A stretch of 64,000 bases of DNA from a virus. Its lineage: Duplodnaviria > Heunggongvirae > Uroviricota > Caudoviricetes. The stretch lies in the IMG/VR virus record IMGVR_UViG_3300031555_002005, one strand, 5' to 3'. Below are positions 62,091 to 64,000 of the stretch, one piece after another. How positions within the stretch are numbered: the first letter of the stretch is position 1; every line of letters begins with the position of its first letter. Under the pieces are notes generated by a model. The model saw only the letters and a list, made by a program, of their open reading frames with translations, had not been told where the DNA came from and searched no databases. A program made the position numbers and the translations under genes.

Positions 62091-62092
62091 TG
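62076..62092 (+). promoter_or_regulatory. ACAATACAAAATTAAT box copy (variant)
   Basis: acagtacaaaattaatg spanning stop of 61767 ORF, then RBS GGAGGG. Confidence 0.55.
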
Positions 62093-62104
62093 GAGGGCAA
62101 ATAC

Positions 62105-62818
62105 ATGAAAGTAACAATTTTAAACCCTGAAGAAACTACAAGACTTTTTGAGTATTGGGGAAAAGCAAGCTGTGTATGTTATGATACTGAAACCGACACT
62201 CCTGCAAATGTTGGTAAGCATTGTATGAATAGTGGCCATTTCTCTGGAAGTCGTGGAAGATTTATCTTATTCAAAGTAGAGGGCTGCCCCAGATTTACAA
62301 TTGATCAAGCCGTCAGACATGAAGTTGGCGTAATGAAAAATGTACAGTCATTTAGATACGTAAGTAAAGATGCGTTTGTCTATGAAATCCCTGTAGAAAT
62401 TACTGACAATCATGAGCTATTAGAAAAGTACCATGTACATATGATGGCTGCTAGAGATCTTTACTGTGAAATTCAGGAGTATGTTCTGAATAAAACTGGT
62501 TCTCATGAAAGAGCAAATGAACAGGCGAGACATGTTATTCCTATTTCTACTCATGCAGATTTTGTTATTGGCATGACTGTAGAAGCACTTATTCATTTTG
62601 AAAATTCTAGACTGTGCATCAGAGCAGAAGATAAAATTAGAGAACTGGCTTTAGGATTTAAAAATGCGACACTTGAACTTCTCCCTGAACTAAAAGAAAA
62701 GCTAGTTCCTAACTGTCAGGAGTTGCTGTGGTGCCCTGAGGGCAAAGCATCTTGCGGTGCATATCCTACCAAGAAACAGCTTAAGCAAATGATTGCAGAG
62801 GTGAGGGTTCGTGGATAA
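62105..62818 (+). CDS. thyX: flavin-dependent thymidylate synthase ThyX
   Basis: Start ATG 62105 (MKVTIL); AVRHEVG..QSFRYV resembles the ThyX RHRxxSxxxxSxRY motif. Confidence 0.8.
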   Translation: MKVTILNPEETTRLFEYWGKASCVCYDTETDTPANVGKHCMNSGHFSGSRGRFILFKVEGCPRFTIDQAVRHEVGVMKNVQSFRYVSKDAFVYEIPVEITDNHELLEKYHVHMMAARDLYCEIQEYVLNKTGSHERANEQARHVIPISTHADFVIGMTVEALIHFENSRLCIRAEDKIRELALGFKNATLELLPELKEKLVPNCQELLWCPEGKASCGAYPTKKQLKQMIAEVRVRG

Positions 62819-63374
62819 TACTCTTTATTTATTCGTGGGCAAAAGTGCATCAGGCAAAACAACTGTGGCAAATTTTCTAGAACAAAAACATGGTTTTAAA
62901 CAGGTAAATTCCTACACCACAAGACCTCCTAGATATGAAGGTGAAATTGGTCACATCTTTGTAAGTGATGAAGAGTTTGATGATCTTGGAGAGATGGTGG
63001 CGTATACAGAATACAATGGTCATCGCTACGGCACAACAGCAGAACAGCTAGATCAGTGCCAGATGTATGTAGTTGATGTGCCTGGAGTGGAAACACTACT
63101 AGAAAGATATGAAGCAGATAGGCAAATTGCGATTTTATATTTTAGCACCAATGTTTGCACTCGCATTAATCGAATGATAGATAGAGGTGATAGCGATATG
63201 GCTATTATTTCTAGGCTTTTGCAAGACGAGAAAGAAGATTGGCATGACAAACTAGATGATGTTGTTTGGCGATATAGAGCTTATTATAACCGTCGAATTT
63301 TTTTGTTTGACATGTATGCAGATGATGATCTAGCATCTGTAGTCACTAGAGCTGAGCGCCACATGGGGGTGTAA
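62811..63374 (+). CDS. guanylate kinase-like nucleoside monophosphate kinase
   Basis: GKSASGKTT; SYTTRPPRYGE. Confidence 0.8.
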   Translation: MDNTLYLFVGKSASGKTTVANFLEQKHGFKQVNSYTTRPPRYEGEIGHIFVSDEEFDDLGEMVAYTEYNGHRYGTTAEQLDQCQMYVVDVPGVETLLERYEADRQIAILYFSTNVCTRINRMIDRGDSDMAIISRLLQDEKEDWHDKLDDVVWRYRAYYNRRIFLFDMYADDDLASVVTRAERHMGV

Positions 63375-63376
63375 AC

Positions 63377-63928
63377 ATGGTGATTGTATGTGATGTAGAC
63401 AATGTGATATGTAATCTTCAAGAAGTTGTAGTTAACTTATTTAATGAGCGCAATGGCACACATTATACACTTAATCATTTTACTGAGTATGATGTAATGA
63501 ATGTTTTACCTACATCTGATGCAATTAAAATGCGAGATATATACAGCGAAACAGGCTTATACAATATTGTAAAGCCGCTTATTGGGGCACAAGATTCATT
63601 ACAAAAATTAATTAGTGACGGTCATCAAGTATATTTGGTGACCGACGCAATTCCAAAAACATATGGAGAAAAAGTTGAATTTATTCATCGGTATTTTCCA
63701 TTCATCGATGATGGGCATATTGTTGCCATGAAACACAAGCATTTATTTAGATGTGATGTACTTATTGAAGATAATTTAGCTAATCTTCTTGCGAAGCCTT
63801 ATTATCATCGAATCTGTTTCAACTATCCTTGGAACGAATCAAAAAAGGATTATGTTTACGGCATTCATCGTTGTTACAACTGGGATGATGTTGTTGCAGC
63901 GATTAATAAAATTAATGATTTGGAGTGA
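63377..63928 (+). CDS. 5'(3')-deoxyribonucleotidase (HAD/NT5C-like)
   Basis: N-terminal CDVDNV (DxDxV). Confidence 0.75.
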   Translation: MVIVCDVDNVICNLQEVVVNLFNERNGTHYTLNHFTEYDVMNVLPTSDAIKMRDIYSETGLYNIVKPLIGAQDSLQKLISDGHQVYLVTDAIPKTYGEKVEFIHRYFPFIDDGHIVAMKHKHLFRCDVLIEDNLANLLAKPYYHRICFNYPWNESKKDYVYGIHRCYNWDDVVAAINKINDLE

Positions 63929-63934
63929 TGAATA

Positions 63935-64000
63935 TTGAACGTTCAAGAATGGCTTGGAGAAGATAATCAGTTAGGAATTGATATCTGGGAAAAAAAGTAC
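63935..64000 (+). CDS. ribonucleotide reductase N-terminus (class II-like), 3'-truncated by window
   Basis: TTG start; EWLGEDNQLGIDIWEKKY resembles the N-termini of B12-dependent RNRs as I recall them. Confidence 0.5.
   Translation, partial: MNVQEWLGEDNQLGIDIWEKKY

Noticed and set aside
1-64000. Stop-codon recoding or suppressor tRNAs
   Set aside because: All long ORFs are uninterrupted in the standard code. None of the confidently folded tRNAs has a CTA, TCA or TTA anticodon. The interrupted gene at 28583 has ATTTA at the start of its loop, but its anticodon cannot be assigned.

Overview
This window is a fully co-directional (+ strand), low-GC block from a large tailed phage or prophage. 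The host looks Firmicutes-like, judging by GGAGG RBSs and TTGACA-N16/17-TATAAT promoters. I support about 93 CDS.

**Replication and nucleotide metabolism:** DnaE-type Pol III alpha, NAD-dependent LigA, a DnaB-like helicase, a Toprim primase, a RecD-like helicase, a RecJ-like DHH exonuclease, an SSB-like protein, ThyX, dCMP deaminase, a guanylate/dNMP kinase, a 5'-deoxynucleotidase, and the start of a class II RNR.

**Other functional groups:**
- a tyrosine integrase;
- NAD salvage (NadR, PnuC);
- an RNA/tRNA-repair set: an Rnl2/Rnl5-like RNA ligase, a Pol-beta NTase, a kinase-HD Pnkp-like protein, a Thg1-like protein, Tpt1/KptA, and a NifS-like desulfurase;
- a DUF2828/TROVE-like vWA protein;
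- SPFH, LemA and SleB-like proteins;
- at least 8 free-standing homing endonucleases (HNH, GIY-YIG, LAGLIDADG);
- four tRNA islands with about 19 canonical tRNAs.

**Unusual content:**
1. Two tRNA genes are split in the anticodon loop by nested tRNA-like inserts that end in CCA.
2. An 11-copy RNA module has a conserved ACAGCAA bulge. It is embedded in tRNA-like scaffolds in two permuted topologies, next to the Ro/TROVE-like gene.
3. An orphan reverse transcriptase is followed by five paralogous ~125-nt structured RNA units.
4. A motif, ACAATACAAAATTAAT, occurs about 28 times, in promoters, leaders and gene ends.
5. A 628-nt ORF-free structured region lies inside a tRNA island.
6. A duplicated 15-codon uORF/hairpin element is present.

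All functional calls come from reading motifs by eye; no searches were run.
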